Part shown: positions 40,496 through 49,048 of the stretch, in pieces
Layout of the letters: each line of letters starts with the position of its first letter
Numbering within the stretch: the stretch's first letter is position 1
NCBI GenBank assembly: GCA_045577415.1
Contig: JAZNII010000094.1
Location: 1,434-65,433 of the forward strand
Origin: Eubacteriales bacterium
Lineage (GTDB): Bacteria > Bacillota > Clostridia > Oscillospirales > CAG-272
Direction of reading: 5' to 3'
Length of the DNA stretch: 64,000 bases
Position numbers and translations under genes: made by a program
The notes under the pieces: generated by a model
The model's database searches: none
Told to the model about the DNA's origin: nothing
Seen by the model: only the letters and a program-made list of their open reading frames with translations

Positions 40496-41209
40496 ATGTT
40501 TAAAACAGTAAGACTCGTGTCTTTTGTATTGATTATTGTCGTAGTAATAAATATTTTATGCACCGTAAACGTATTGGGTTCTTCACAAAATTGCGTTTCT
40601 GACAACGATGTAGATATATACCGTAAAAAAGACAATGAATTTATGAAGATAGCCCTTACCTTTGACGACGGTCCTCACCCACGATACACTCCTCAGATAC
40701 TGGACATTCTGGACAAATACGGGATCAAAGCGACTTTTTTTGCAATAGGTATCAACGCAGACCGCTATCCCGACGCAATGGAAATGGTCATAAGCAGAGG
40801 ACACGAGATAGGGAATCATACCTATACGCATCCCCACGTCGACCGATTGGATTCGATAACTCTTTATAGCGAGGTGGAAAAATGCGAATCTGCTCTGTAT
40901 AGCCATACCGATTGTAAAACAAAGCTGTTCAGACCGCCCGAAGGCATGATAGACGGCTATGTAAAGAGCGTTATAAAGCAGCTTGACTATAAGGTTATCC
41001 TTTGGGATATAGACACTATGGATTGGGCGCATACTCCGCCCGAGAAGATTGCGCGGAACGTTATCGACCGTGTATCCTCGGGAGATATAATTCTCATGCA
41101 CGACTATATTTCTTATAACAGTCCAACACCAGAGGCGCTAGAGCTTTTCATACCCGTTTTGCTTGAAAAGGGATATAAATTCGTAGTGATAAGCGAGCTT
41201 ATCTCGTAA
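40496..41209 (+). CDS. Polysaccharide deacetylase family protein (NodB domain)
   Basis: ALTFDDGPHP; ATFFAIG; GHEIGNHTYTH; LFRPPEG; ILMHD. I prefer the ATG at 40496 over the TTG at 40478. Confidence 0.88.
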   Translation: MFKTVRLVSFVLIIVVVINILCTVNVLGSSQNCVSDNDVDIYRKKDNEFMKIALTFDDGPHPRYTPQILDILDKYGIKATFFAIGINADRYPDAMEMVISRGHEIGNHTYTHPHVDRLDSITLYSEVEKCESALYSHTDCKTKLFRPPEGMIDGYVKSVIKQLDYKVILWDIDTMDWAHTPPEKIARNVIDRVSSGDIILMHDYISYNSPTPEALELFIPVLLEKGYKFVVISELIS

Positions 41210-41213
41210 TGAT

Positions 41214-41255
41214 AAAAAAGCCCCGAAATCAATAGGATTTCGGAGCTTTATTTTA
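41214..41255. terminator. Bidirectional intrinsic terminator
   Basis: AAAAAAGCCCCGAAATC...GATTTCGGAGCTTTATTTT. Confidence 0.7.
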
Positions 41256-42254
41256 TTCCTGTTCGATTTCCTCGCCAATATCGTCTATGGCTTCAGGCTC
41301 GCTGTCATTACAACTTGTATCACCGTTGTCCACAGGGTCTATCATGTATTTTTTGATAATGGGATATGCTGCGTATGTATAAATAAACGCGCATACGCCA
41401 AGGTAATAGAGCAAGGGAAGAACAATGGCTACACCAAGTCCCACTTGAACCAGAAGGATCATAGGAAGTATAGCGATCGCGGAGACAATAACCAATCCAA
41501 TGAGAGCCAGAATGTTTCTCTTTATTCCTAATACCGTGAATATCAAGGCGTTCTTAAACGCTTTGATGATCTTGATGTTAAAAGTGACAATCATCAGATA
41601 AGTGTAGAATCTGAACACCGTGTAAAGGATTATCAACGCGATGGTCATTATGTAGACAAAGTCGGATAGTCCGTTAGAGGGTGCGGTGAAAAAGTACACC
41701 AAATTATATGCAAGAACGCCTATGATCACGCAGTCAATAAGACCCAAAACCAATCCCTGCTTGAGGTTCTTTTTAATTGCATAAAAATAGTCTGAAAATA
41801 CAAATACGCTATCACCTCTTACAAGTCCGCGGGTTACATATATAGAGCCTACCTTTTGCCATCCGTAGGTAAGCGCGTAAACAAGCAGGATGCCGCCTAT
41901 TATCCAATAAATATGGGTGTTATTGTAGGTCGGCAAAGGGAACTGAAACGATAAAAGTCCCAAATTAAGCGACCCTGCCAACGTTGATGCCGCCTCTTGG
42001 ACTCCAAATAACGCCGCAAACTCGGGATAATAAAGGGAGGGTGTTTTGGGCATTGCGAATATATACAGATAAGCGCAGACCAAAAGGGGAATTATTTGGA
42101 ATATCATTAATATATTCAAAGAAATGATCTTTGAAAACTTTCTTCCGAACTGCTTGAAAAAGAACGATAGATTGGGGGTGGTATCCTCACCGGGTTCTAC
42201 GCCTTTTCCGTCACGGTTGAGATCAAACAATTTGAATTTCTTCTTGGCTTTCAA
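41253..42254 (-). CDS. YesL/DUF624-like polytopic membrane protein (tentative) with an acidic C-terminal tail
   Basis: The N-terminal FKQFGRKFSKIISLNILMIFQIIPLL pattern and six or more TM segments. TTG start. Confidence 0.55.
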   Translation of the reverse strand: MKAKKKFKLFDLNRDGKGVEPGEDTTPNLSFFFKQFGRKFSKIISLNILMIFQIIPLLVCAYLYIFAMPKTPSLYYPEFAALFGVQEAASTLAGSLNLGLLSFQFPLPTYNNTHIYWIIGGILLVYALTYGWQKVGSIYVTRGLVRGDSVFVFSDYFYAIKKNLKQGLVLGLIDCVIIGVLAYNLVYFFTAPSNGLSDFVYIMTIALIILYTVFRFYTYLMIVTFNIKIIKAFKNALIFTVLGIKRNILALIGLVIVSAIAILPMILLVQVGLGVAIVLPLLYYLGVCAFIYTYAAYPIIKKYMIDPVDNGDTSCNDSEPEAIDDIGEEIEQE

Positions 42255-42293
42255 TTTTACTAAATCCTTTATATAATTAAATTTGATTCAAGG

Positions 42294-43118
42294 TTATTTT
42301 TTACCTAATTCTTCGGCTCGTTGGGTGCATTTGTCCATAGCGCTGACTATGCTTTCGCAAAACCGAAAGCTTTCAAGCTCCGCAATCGCCCGCTCGGTAG
42401 TGCCGCCTTTGGATGCTACGGTGGCGATCTGCTGATCGGGTGTTTTGGATTCATGCTTCATAAGCTCGGCGGCACCGATTATGGTATTGCAGATCGCGTC
42501 AACAAGCTCTTTTTCACTCAGACTTGATTTGCCGTCACATAATCCTTGCTTTTGCGCGCCCTCGCACATAGCCTTTATCATCATGAAAACGTATGCGGGA
42601 GAAGATCCCGTAACGCAAATGATCTTGTTCATCTCGCTCTCGTCGATTTTGATAACGCTGCCCGATGAAGTAAAGATGTTGCAAACGTATTCGAAATCCT
42701 CGTCAGACACCTTGTCGTTTCTGCATGCGGCAATAACTCCTTTGCCTATAAGCATAGGTGTGTTGGGCATAACTCGAATAACAGGCGCGCCATCGGCGGC
42801 TTCGGATACGGTATCGGTAGAGATACCTGCCGCCATGGTAACGAATACCTTTTGGGAAACGTCTTTACACTCCTTCAGAAGAGGAAGGATCTCGGGAAAG
42901 TTTTGCGGTTTGACGCAGAGCATGACGTAGTGTGCGCACTCTACCGCTTCACGTAGAGAAAGGGCGATATGCGCGCCTGAGGATCTGTATTTTTCTATCT
43001 TTTCAACGTGTCTGTTGAACAATATGATATTTGACATATCCGGAGAGTTGGCAGTGATTCCCATAAGGGTGGCGGTAGCCATATTTCCAACTCCTATAAA
43101 AGCAATTTTGCCTGACAT
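42294..43118 (-). CDS. proC: Pyrroline-5-carboxylate reductase
   Basis: IAFIGVGNMA; RVMPNTP; GSSPAY; SKGGTTE. Confidence 0.93.
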   Translation of the reverse strand: MSGKIAFIGVGNMATATLMGITANSPDMSNIILFNRHVEKIEKYRSSGAHIALSLREAVECAHYVMLCVKPQNFPEILPLLKECKDVSQKVFVTMAAGISTDTVSEAADGAPVIRVMPNTPMLIGKGVIAACRNDKVSDEDFEYVCNIFTSSGSVIKIDESEMNKIICVTGSSPAYVFMMIKAMCEGAQKQGLCDGKSSLSEKELVDAICNTIIGAAELMKHESKTPDQQIATVASKGGTTERAIAELESFRFCESIVSAMDKCTQRAEELGKK

Positions 43119-43222
43119 AATTATGATGCCCCTTGCTTTAAAATCATTAAAATTAATTATATCATTAAAGAGTATAAAAATTAAGTACTCTTACTCAACA
43201 AATAGCAACTTTTTTGTAAAAT

Positions 43223-43993
43223 TTATCGTAATTTATTTTTCTTCTTGGATATTTCAAACGCCATGACAGATACCGCGGAAGTAGAGGGAAGAGAACCCAT
43301 AAATTCGCGTCCGTAGGGAATTCTGACGGTTACGTTGGAAATATCAAGTATTTTCCTAGATATTCCTCGCTTTTCACCGCCTATAACCAACAGGGTTGGT
43401 TTTGAAAAATCGTGATCATACAGAGATACCGAGTCGCGTATACCAGCGCAAACTATTTCAAATTTGTTTTCCTTAAACAGTTTTACAGCGTCCAAGGGAT
43501 CGGATATTGCAATATTAGCTAACTCCGAGGTGCCTGCGGAGGAACGCGCGACAGTGCTAGAAAATTCCATCCAATTTCTTTCAGGAAGAACTATTCCGTC
43601 TATACCTGCGGCGTACAAAGAACGAACCGAATAACCAAAGTTATAAGGATCCTCAATTCCTTCAATAAGAGCATAAAAATCGCCGCTTGTTAAAAAATTA
43701 ACATTTAGATTAGGGAAGGAACGTTTAAAGCAAATCATTACAAATCCGCCGTGTGTGTTGCCGGAAACTACGGAGTCAATGAACAGCTTATCAGAGCTTA
43801 TAAGCTTAAAGCCAAGCTCGACAGATGCGTGTTCCAAAAATTTAAGCTCATGAGATTTTTTCGCTGTGCGAGCTTCGTCAAAATATACCGTGTCGATCAC
43901 ACGGTCGCTGGAATTATTCCTGATAGATCTAATTACGGCGGAAATTGAGGTCATACCCTCAAAAATATCATATTTTTCAATGTCGATGATCAT
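43223..43993 (-). CDS. TrmH/SpoU-family RNA 2'-O-methyltransferase
   Basis: EGIEDPYNFGYSVRSLYAAGIDGIVL; LLVIGGEKRGIS; RIPYGREFMGSLPS. Confidence 0.85.
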   Translation of the reverse strand: MIIDIEKYDIFEGMTSISAVIRSIRNNSSDRVIDTVYFDEARTAKKSHELKFLEHASVELGFKLISSDKLFIDSVVSGNTHGGFVMICFKRSFPNLNVNFLTSGDFYALIEGIEDPYNFGYSVRSLYAAGIDGIVLPERNWMEFSSTVARSSAGTSELANIAISDPLDAVKLFKENKFEIVCAGIRDSVSLYDHDFSKPTLLVIGGEKRGISRKILDISNVTVRIPYGREFMGSLPSTSAVSVMAFEISKKKNKLR

Positions 43994-44077
43994 AAAAACT
44001 CCGAAACAAGGTATTTTAGTAAGCGTAATGTCATATATATTACCAATGCAACAAATATAACTGTGAGGTAACTGTTA

Positions 44078-44344
44078 ATGATGTATCTGGCATCCGGCAA
44101 GGAACGTTGCGTAATATTGGGACTATATATAGTAGAAAATAATGCAACGGTACGAGCTACCGCAACAAGATTTGGGATAAGCAAAAGTACCGTACATAAG
44201 GATGTCACACAGGTTTTGAAGAATACTAATAAGTCGTTATATCTGGACGTTAAAAGCGTTCTTGCCAAAAACAAAGAAGAACGCCACCTGCGCGGCGGTG
44301 AGGCAACAAAGAAGAAATATATGGAGGAGAAAAAGATAATATAG
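44078..44344 (+). CDS. spoIIID: Sporulation transcriptional regulator SpoIIID
   Basis: YIVENNATVRATATRFGISKSTVHKDV and ERHLRGGEATKKKY are near-identical to the SpoIIID signature. Confidence 0.92.
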   Translation: MMYLASGKERCVILGLYIVENNATVRATATRFGISKSTVHKDVTQVLKNTNKSLYLDVKSVLAKNKEERHLRGGEATKKKYMEEKKII

Positions 44345-44484
44345 AAATCAAGTTTTTGCGAGGATTCTATAATTGTACCAAAGTATGGGTAGATTTAGCC
44401 GTTTTTTAGCGTAAAGGAATTATACTTAAACAATTAATTTATACAAAAATAGTGAAAAAGAGAAGCAGTTTTATCAAAATGTGT

Positions 44485-44514
44485 AATTATACAAAATCAA
44501 AATTTTGTATAATT
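44485..44514. repeat. Perfect 13-bp inverted repeat AATTATACAAAAT-caaa-ATTTTGTATAATT in a 414-bp ORF-free spacer
   Basis: Read directly from the sequence. Related TTATACAAAA words recur nearby. Function unknown. Confidence 0.8.
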
Positions 44515-44701
44515 CGGGGTATCAATTTTGGCTAAAAAACCCTTAAAGTTACTTTGTTTTGGGACAAAAATCATAAACACCTCAAAAATAAAGATTTTTA
44601 TGAGTATTCTTAACATATAAATTTTAACACAATAAGAGTCCTGTGTCAAGTGTTTAATCTGACTTGTTTTGATACTTGCTTACATGTAATTTTATTGCGT
44701 C

Positions 44702-44734
44702 AAAAGGCTACCTCGATAAATGAGATAGCCTTTT
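44702..44734 (-). terminator. Probable terminator of the SDR gene
   Basis: Hairpin AAAAGGCTACCTC...GAGATAGCCTTTT (one mismatch). Confidence 0.55.
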
Positions 44735-44758
44735 ATACGTTAATTTATTTAGAACTGT

Positions 44759-45583
44759 TTATACTCCGGAATATGCCGAGAAACCACCGTCAACGGGGAT
44801 GACTGTGCCGGTAACAAAAGATGACGCAACGGGATCAGCCAAGAACTTGAGAACTCCGAGAAGCTCATGAGCCTCGCCGAAGCGTCCCATAGGAGTAGCT
44901 GCAAGGATCTTTCCTGTTCTCGCAGTGGGAGTGCCGTCAGCGTTCCAGAGAAGCGCCTTGTTCTGGTTAGTAGAGAAGAATCCGGGGGCAATTCCGTTGA
45001 CTCTTATTCCCTCTTTCGCAAAATGAACGGCGAGCCACTGGGTAAAGTTGGATACTGCAGCCTTAGCGGAGCTATATGCAGGGATCTTTGTCAAGGGTGT
45101 GTATGCGTTCATAGAGGAAATGTTGATTATAGAGCAACCCTCCTCACCTATCATATCTGTAGCAAAGACCTGAGTAGGAAGAAGAACTCCCTTCATGTTG
45201 AGGTCAAAAACAAAATCAAATCCTGCCTCGTTGAGGTTAAAGAAGGTCAAAATATCGTCGCGGCTTTCGTCACCTGCTTCAAAATACTCGTGAGCGGTCG
45301 TAGCCTTGGGACTGTTTCCGCCGGCTCCGTTGATAAGCACGGTACACTTGCCAAGCTCAGCAAGAACTCTTTGATGAACGTCTACGATACAATCTTTGTC
45401 AAGTACGTTGGTCTTATAAGCCTTTGCAACACCTCCGCAAGCGCATATTTCATCTGCAACGGCTGCCGCAGCGGCCTCGTTAATGTCAAGAAGCGCTACT
45501 GCGTAACCGTTCTTTGACATTTCCTTGGCGAATTCTGCGCAAAGTATTCCACCTGCACCTGTAACAACACATACCTTTTTCAT
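44759..45583 (-). CDS. Short-chain dehydrogenase/reductase (SDR) family oxidoreductase
   Basis: VVTGAGGILC (TGxxxGxG), NGAG, catalytic YSSAK. AGGAG RBS. Confidence 0.88.
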   Translation of the reverse strand: MKKVCVVTGAGGILCAEFAKEMSKNGYAVALLDINEAAAAAVADEICACGGVAKAYKTNVLDKDCIVDVHQRVLAELGKCTVLINGAGGNSPKATTAHEYFEAGDESRDDILTFFNLNEAGFDFVFDLNMKGVLLPTQVFATDMIGEEGCSIINISSMNAYTPLTKIPAYSSAKAAVSNFTQWLAVHFAKEGIRVNGIAPGFFSTNQNKALLWNADGTPTARTGKILAATPMGRFGEAHELLGVLKFLADPVASSFVTGTVIPVDGGFSAYSGV

Positions 45584-45638
45584 AATAATCTCCTAATTCT
45601 TTATTTTTGTTTTGAGGTTAACAACATAAGGTTGCCGT

Positions 45639-45689
45639 GCTATAATAATTATAGCATGTTTTTTAATAATTTCAATAGACATTATTGAA
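45639..45689 (-). promoter_or_regulatory. SDR promoter (TTGAAA-16nt-TGcTATAAT) overlapped by two palindromes
   Basis: -10 at 45648-45653 and -35 at 45670-45675 (minus strand). GCTATAAT-a-ATTATAGC (45639-45655) covers the -10, and TTCAATA-N5-TATTGAA (45671-45689) covers the -35. Confidence 0.5.
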
Positions 45690-45808
45690 AAAATAATGCG
45701 ATTTTTAGCTTTTTCTTATTTTTTTGAGGGTGTTAGTTAATGATAGAGGATGTTTTTTATTATAATCATAATAGAGATCTCCACTTTGGTTTAGCAAATA
45801 AACAAAAA

Positions 45809-45840
45809 CGGTTACGAGTTCCCTTTGGGGTTCGCAACCG
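45809..45840 (-). terminator. Terminator closing the Cys-rich gene
   Basis: On the minus strand: CGGTTGCGAA...CTCGTAACCG (imperfect) followed by TTTTTGTTTATTT. Confidence 0.6.
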
Positions 45841-45875
45841 TGATTTTTATTATTTGAGATTATTCAAAGTAATCG

Positions 45876-46712
45876 TCAGCAGCCGCATTTGCCGCCCTTA
45901 TCTCCGTGAATATGCGGAGCTTGGGTAGATGCGCATGAGAACTCCGAGATCGGGAAAGCCATAGAGCGGAATACGCTGCAGGGATCGTCATTGGATGGTG
46001 ATACGCATTCCTTATCGGGTATTACATATTCGGTAGCTGAAATTATAAACTGACCGGGACGCACGATTCTCACTATCGAGAAGATTCCTAAGGATACCGC
46101 AAGGTATCTTCTGTCATCGTCTTCATCATAATAAAGGTTTCCGTTCATGGTGTTTACAACTGTTTCGGGAATGTCGTGAGCGCAGCAGCAACAGCAGCAA
46201 CAATCGTTGATGCTCTCAAGGACGTTAACCCCGAGTACGATAGGCTCTGCCACCTCTACTACTGCCGTGGGTACGTTGTTTTCCTTGCAGCAAGGCTCAA
46301 CCCGTGAGCAGAAATCCGAAAAATCTCCGCCGCCGCGGAAGGTGCTTACGTTACAGTCACCGCCGTAAAGAATTACCTTTTTGTCGAGAACGGCGACGCC
46401 CTCAAATTCCTGGGAACGACCGTTTCCGATGCAACCCTCAAATACCAGCTTAACGTAGAAACGAATATTAACGGTGTAAAAGCCTCTGTTGAACTGAACG
46501 GGATCGAGGCTTATATGGGTCTGAGCGATGCAAGCGCTCTTAACTCTGACAGTACCGGTATGATCAATGATCTCCTTGCCGAAATCGGTCAGAAAAACCC
46601 TTGCGTTTTCAAAACAATCGCGGTCTCTGCAAGAGTCAAGTATTCTGTTAGTCTCTATACAAACAGTTTCCTTGCCAATGCCGGGGCCGCATGAAAATCT
46701 GTTATCTTGCAT
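45876..46712 (-). CDS. Cysteine-rich protein of unknown family (278 aa, 22 Cys, CCCCCCC run)
   Basis: The ATG at 46712 has a GGGGGA RBS. No TM segment or signal peptide is evident. Cys clusters occur at the N-terminus, the middle (46182-46202) and the C-terminus (KCGC). Confidence 0.65.
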   Translation of the reverse strand: MQDNRFSCGPGIGKETVCIETNRILDSCRDRDCFENARVFLTDFGKEIIDHTGTVRVKSACIAQTHISLDPVQFNRGFYTVNIRFYVKLVFEGCIGNGRSQEFEGVAVLDKKVILYGGDCNVSTFRGGGDFSDFCSRVEPCCKENNVPTAVVEVAEPIVLGVNVLESINDCCCCCCCAHDIPETVVNTMNGNLYYDEDDDRRYLAVSLGIFSIVRIVRPGQFIISATEYVIPDKECVSPSNDDPCSVFRSMAFPISEFSCASTQAPHIHGDKGGKCGC

Positions 46713-46811
46713 AATATTTCCCCCTATATGTTTTGTCAGAAAGCCGTGGAACTGCTTTCTCAATATCATTCTATGTCGAATTTGGGGATATGTTACGCTA
46801 TTTTGGAGAAC

Positions 46812-46846
46812 AAAAAATCTCGAAGAAATTTCTCCGAGATTTTTTA
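46812..46846. terminator. Palindromic hairpin between GTPase gene 2 and the Cys-rich gene
   Basis: AAAAAATCTCGAAG-aaattt-CTCCGAGATTTTTT, with one G-U pair. Confidence 0.6.
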
Positions 46847-46847
46847 A

Positions 46848-47798
46848 TTAATAGAAAGTTGCGACTTCCTTTTCGGGCTTGTCGGTGTATGCGCTGCTTT
46901 CGGCGTAAATAACGGGGCCGGGTCTGCCGTAGAGCTTGTTCTTCTCTATCTTGATCTTGCCCTGAACGTTTATCCAATCGTAATTTTTATAAGCGACGTT
47001 TGACTTGAATTTGCATACGAGACCGCTATATGCAATATCCTCAACACAACAGGTCATAACGTGTCTGCCGATAACGATAGCGTCCTTGCCAAGCTTCATA
47101 TCTCTTGCTACTACGCCCTTGAATTTGACGGTCTTACCGTCGTATTTCTCCATTTCCTCGCTGAGGTCTCTGTACCAGATCGCGTAGTCGTCGTCCTCGA
47201 TAATGATAACATCTGCCTCAATGTCAAAAGGCAGAGGATCCTCGATCTCATCGTATTCAACGTGACCGTCGGGATAATCGTAGGTTATAGTCGCTCTGCG
47301 GGAAATGCCGCGGACTATCTTGTGAACCTCATCCTTGTCGATATTGTCGGGCGTGCGGTTGAGGACTATCATTTCGCAGGACATAAGCTTATCTACCATA
47401 AGGCTTCTCATGTTCTGATTGTAAGCGAAAAACGTGTTTGCGTCGGCAAACATCATATTCTGGAAGATAAACCAATCAGCAGGCAGATTATTATAAAGCG
47501 TTGCCAACTGCCACATACCGTTGTATTCGATAATAACGCGGTCGATCTTGTGACCCTCGCGGCAGGATTCAAGCTTTTCTGCGGTAACGTCAACTTCGCT
47601 GTCAAGAGTTGCGAGGTAGACGTTCTTGCCGGGGAATTCGGTGACGTCAAGCTCCTCGATTCCCTCCTCGCAGAGGATGATAAGAGTCTTTTCGCCGGTG
47701 TTGAAGCGCTCGTCTGCCATAGACTCCTGAATTATATGTGTTTTACCGCCCTCAAGAAAGCCGGTAAAAAGATATACTGGAATAGTAGGTTGTGCCAT
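46848..47798 (-). CDS. G3E/COG0523-like GTPase paralogue lacking the CxCC motif, fused to a DUF1980 (YcgQ/COG3689)-like C-terminal domain
   Basis: Walker A TGFLEGGKTH; IEYNGM; VLNRTP (a degenerate NKxD). The C-terminal HVMTCCVEDIAYSGLVC resembles the DUF1980 xTCCxxDA motif. AAGGAAAGG RBS. Confidence 0.6.
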   Translation of the reverse strand: MAQPTIPVYLFTGFLEGGKTHIIQESMADERFNTGEKTLIILCEEGIEELDVTEFPGKNVYLATLDSEVDVTAEKLESCREGHKIDRVIIEYNGMWQLATLYNNLPADWFIFQNMMFADANTFFAYNQNMRSLMVDKLMSCEMIVLNRTPDNIDKDEVHKIVRGISRRATITYDYPDGHVEYDEIEDPLPFDIEADVIIIEDDDYAIWYRDLSEEMEKYDGKTVKFKGVVARDMKLGKDAIVIGRHVMTCCVEDIAYSGLVCKFKSNVAYKNYDWINVQGKIKIEKNKLYGRPGPVIYAESSAYTDKPEKEVATFY

Positions 47799-47823
47799 TT
47801 TGATTGCCTTTCCTTATTGAAAA

Positions 47824-49008
47824 TTAAGCCAGTTCTACGCCGATAGCCTCGGATACGGCATTCTTATGGAGTTTAGAGCCGATAACGCAGAGACGTCCAA
47901 TGACACCTGCGCCGCCGTATCGTATGTCAGGCTCGCCGGGGATGTAGTCGAAGTGGATCCATCTGCCGTCGTCGGACTCGACGATTCCCTTTGCGCGTAG
48001 GATCATTCCGTATTTTTCGGTGTCGGTGAAGCTCTCAAGAGCGGCTTTGAGCTGATCAGCGTTGAACTTCTTGGTAGTCTCGGCGCCGTAGCTTACGAAC
48101 ACCTCGTCGGCGTGGTGATGGTGGTGGTCGTGGTCGTGGTGATGACCGCAAGAGCAGTTTCCATGCTCGTCATATTCATGATGATGCTCGTGGTCGTGAT
48201 CATGGTCGTGATCGTGGTGACAACACTCGTCATCGTGGTGATGATGTTCATGTTCATGCTCGTGATCACAGCAACAATCCTCATCGTGGTGATGATGGTG
48301 TTCATGCTCATGCTCGTGATGGCAGCAACAATCCTCATCATGATGATGCTCGTGATGCTCGTGATGATGCTCGTGTGCCGCCTCGGCAAGCTCGGTCATT
48401 TCTGCCTCAAGGGTAGACTTGCGCTCCATAGCTTCGAGAAGCTGTGCGCCGGTAAGCTGATCCCAAGGTGTGGAAACGATGACCGCGGTAGAGTTATGCT
48501 CCTTGAGAAGCGCTACGCAATCTGCGATCTTCTGCTCGGAAATATTGCCCGTATGGCTAAGCACGATACATCCTGCATTCTCCACCTGATCGTTGAAGAA
48601 CTCACCAAAGTTCTTCATGTGCATCTTACACTTGTTTGCGTCAACGATAGTGGTAAATCCGTTAAGCTCTGCCCCCTCGGTGTCTGCGTTCTTGACTGCT
48701 TTGATAACATCGGAGAGCTTGCCAACTCCGGAAGGCTCGATAAGTATGCGATCGGGAGTGTACTCGGAAATAACTTTTTTAAGAGCCTCTGCAAAGTCTC
48801 CTACAAGCGAGCAACAGATGCATCCCGAGTTCATTTCGTTGATCTTGATGCCTGCCTCGGCAAGAAATCCGCTATCAATGCCGATCTCGCCAAATTCGTT
48901 CTCGATAAGAACGATCTTTTCGCCGTGATAGGCTTCTTCTATAAGCTTTTTGATAAGAGTGGTCTTTCCCGCGCCGAGAAAACCCGAAAATATGTCAATT
49001 TTAGTCAT
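47824..49008 (-). CDS. CobW/COG0523-family metallochaperone GTPase with a His/Cys-rich insert
   Basis: SGFLGAGKTTLI, ENEFGEIGID, GCICCS, IEPSGV and a CobW_C-like end (ILRAKGIV...RWIHFD). I prefer the ATG at 49008 (AGAAAGG RBS) over the longer track call. Confidence 0.88.
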   Translation of the reverse strand: MTKIDIFSGFLGAGKTTLIKKLIEEAYHGEKIVLIENEFGEIGIDSGFLAEAGIKINEMNSGCICCSLVGDFAEALKKVISEYTPDRILIEPSGVGKLSDVIKAVKNADTEGAELNGFTTIVDANKCKMHMKNFGEFFNDQVENAGCIVLSHTGNISEQKIADCVALLKEHNSTAVIVSTPWDQLTGAQLLEAMERKSTLEAEMTELAEAAHEHHHEHHEHHHDEDCCCHHEHEHEHHHHHDEDCCCDHEHEHEHHHHDDECCHHDHDHDHDHEHHHEYDEHGNCSCGHHHDHDHHHHHADEVFVSYGAETTKKFNADQLKAALESFTDTEKYGMILRAKGIVESDDGRWIHFDYIPGEPDIRYGGAGVIGRLCVIGSKLHKNAVSEAIGVELA

Positions 49009-49048
49009 CTTATCGCCTTTCTGATTATAAATTAATAAACCCAAATGA

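Noticed and set aside
44031-44060. Sigma-E-type promoter for spoIIID (TCATATA ... CAAATATA). A sigma-G-like GAATA...CTAAAAATA upstream of pdaA (about 39642-39680) was judged the same way.
   Set aside because: The -35-like elements are plausible, but the -10 regions match the consensus weakly. This is not supportable without a scoring matrix or expression data.
43990-44274. 94-aa minus-strand ORF
   Set aside because: It is antisense to spoIIID, whose identity is unambiguous.
45740-45928. 62-aa plus-strand ORF
   Set aside because: It spans the terminator hairpin and the 3' end of the Cys-rich gene, and it has no RBS.
47061-47846. 261-aa plus-strand ORF
   Set aside because: It is antisense to the second GTPase gene. 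It has no RBS and no recognisable domains.
48217-48345. 54-nt periodic DNA repeats, considered as a CRISPR-like or minisatellite array
   Set aside because: The repeats are in frame within a coding region and directly abutting, with no spacers. They encode the His/Cys modules.
48112-49035. 307-aa plus-strand ORF beginning MVMVVVVVVVM
   Set aside because: It is the mirror image of the His/Asp/Glu codon repeats of the COG0523 gene. The Val/Met runs are an antisense artefact.
49009-49048. Zur or Fur box in the leader of the COG0523 locus (TTTATTAATTTATAATCA)
   Set aside because: It is AT-rich with partial dyad symmetry, but it aligns poorly by eye to the Firmicute Zur (AAATCGTAATnATTACGATTT) and Fur (TGATAATnATTATCA) consensus sequences.
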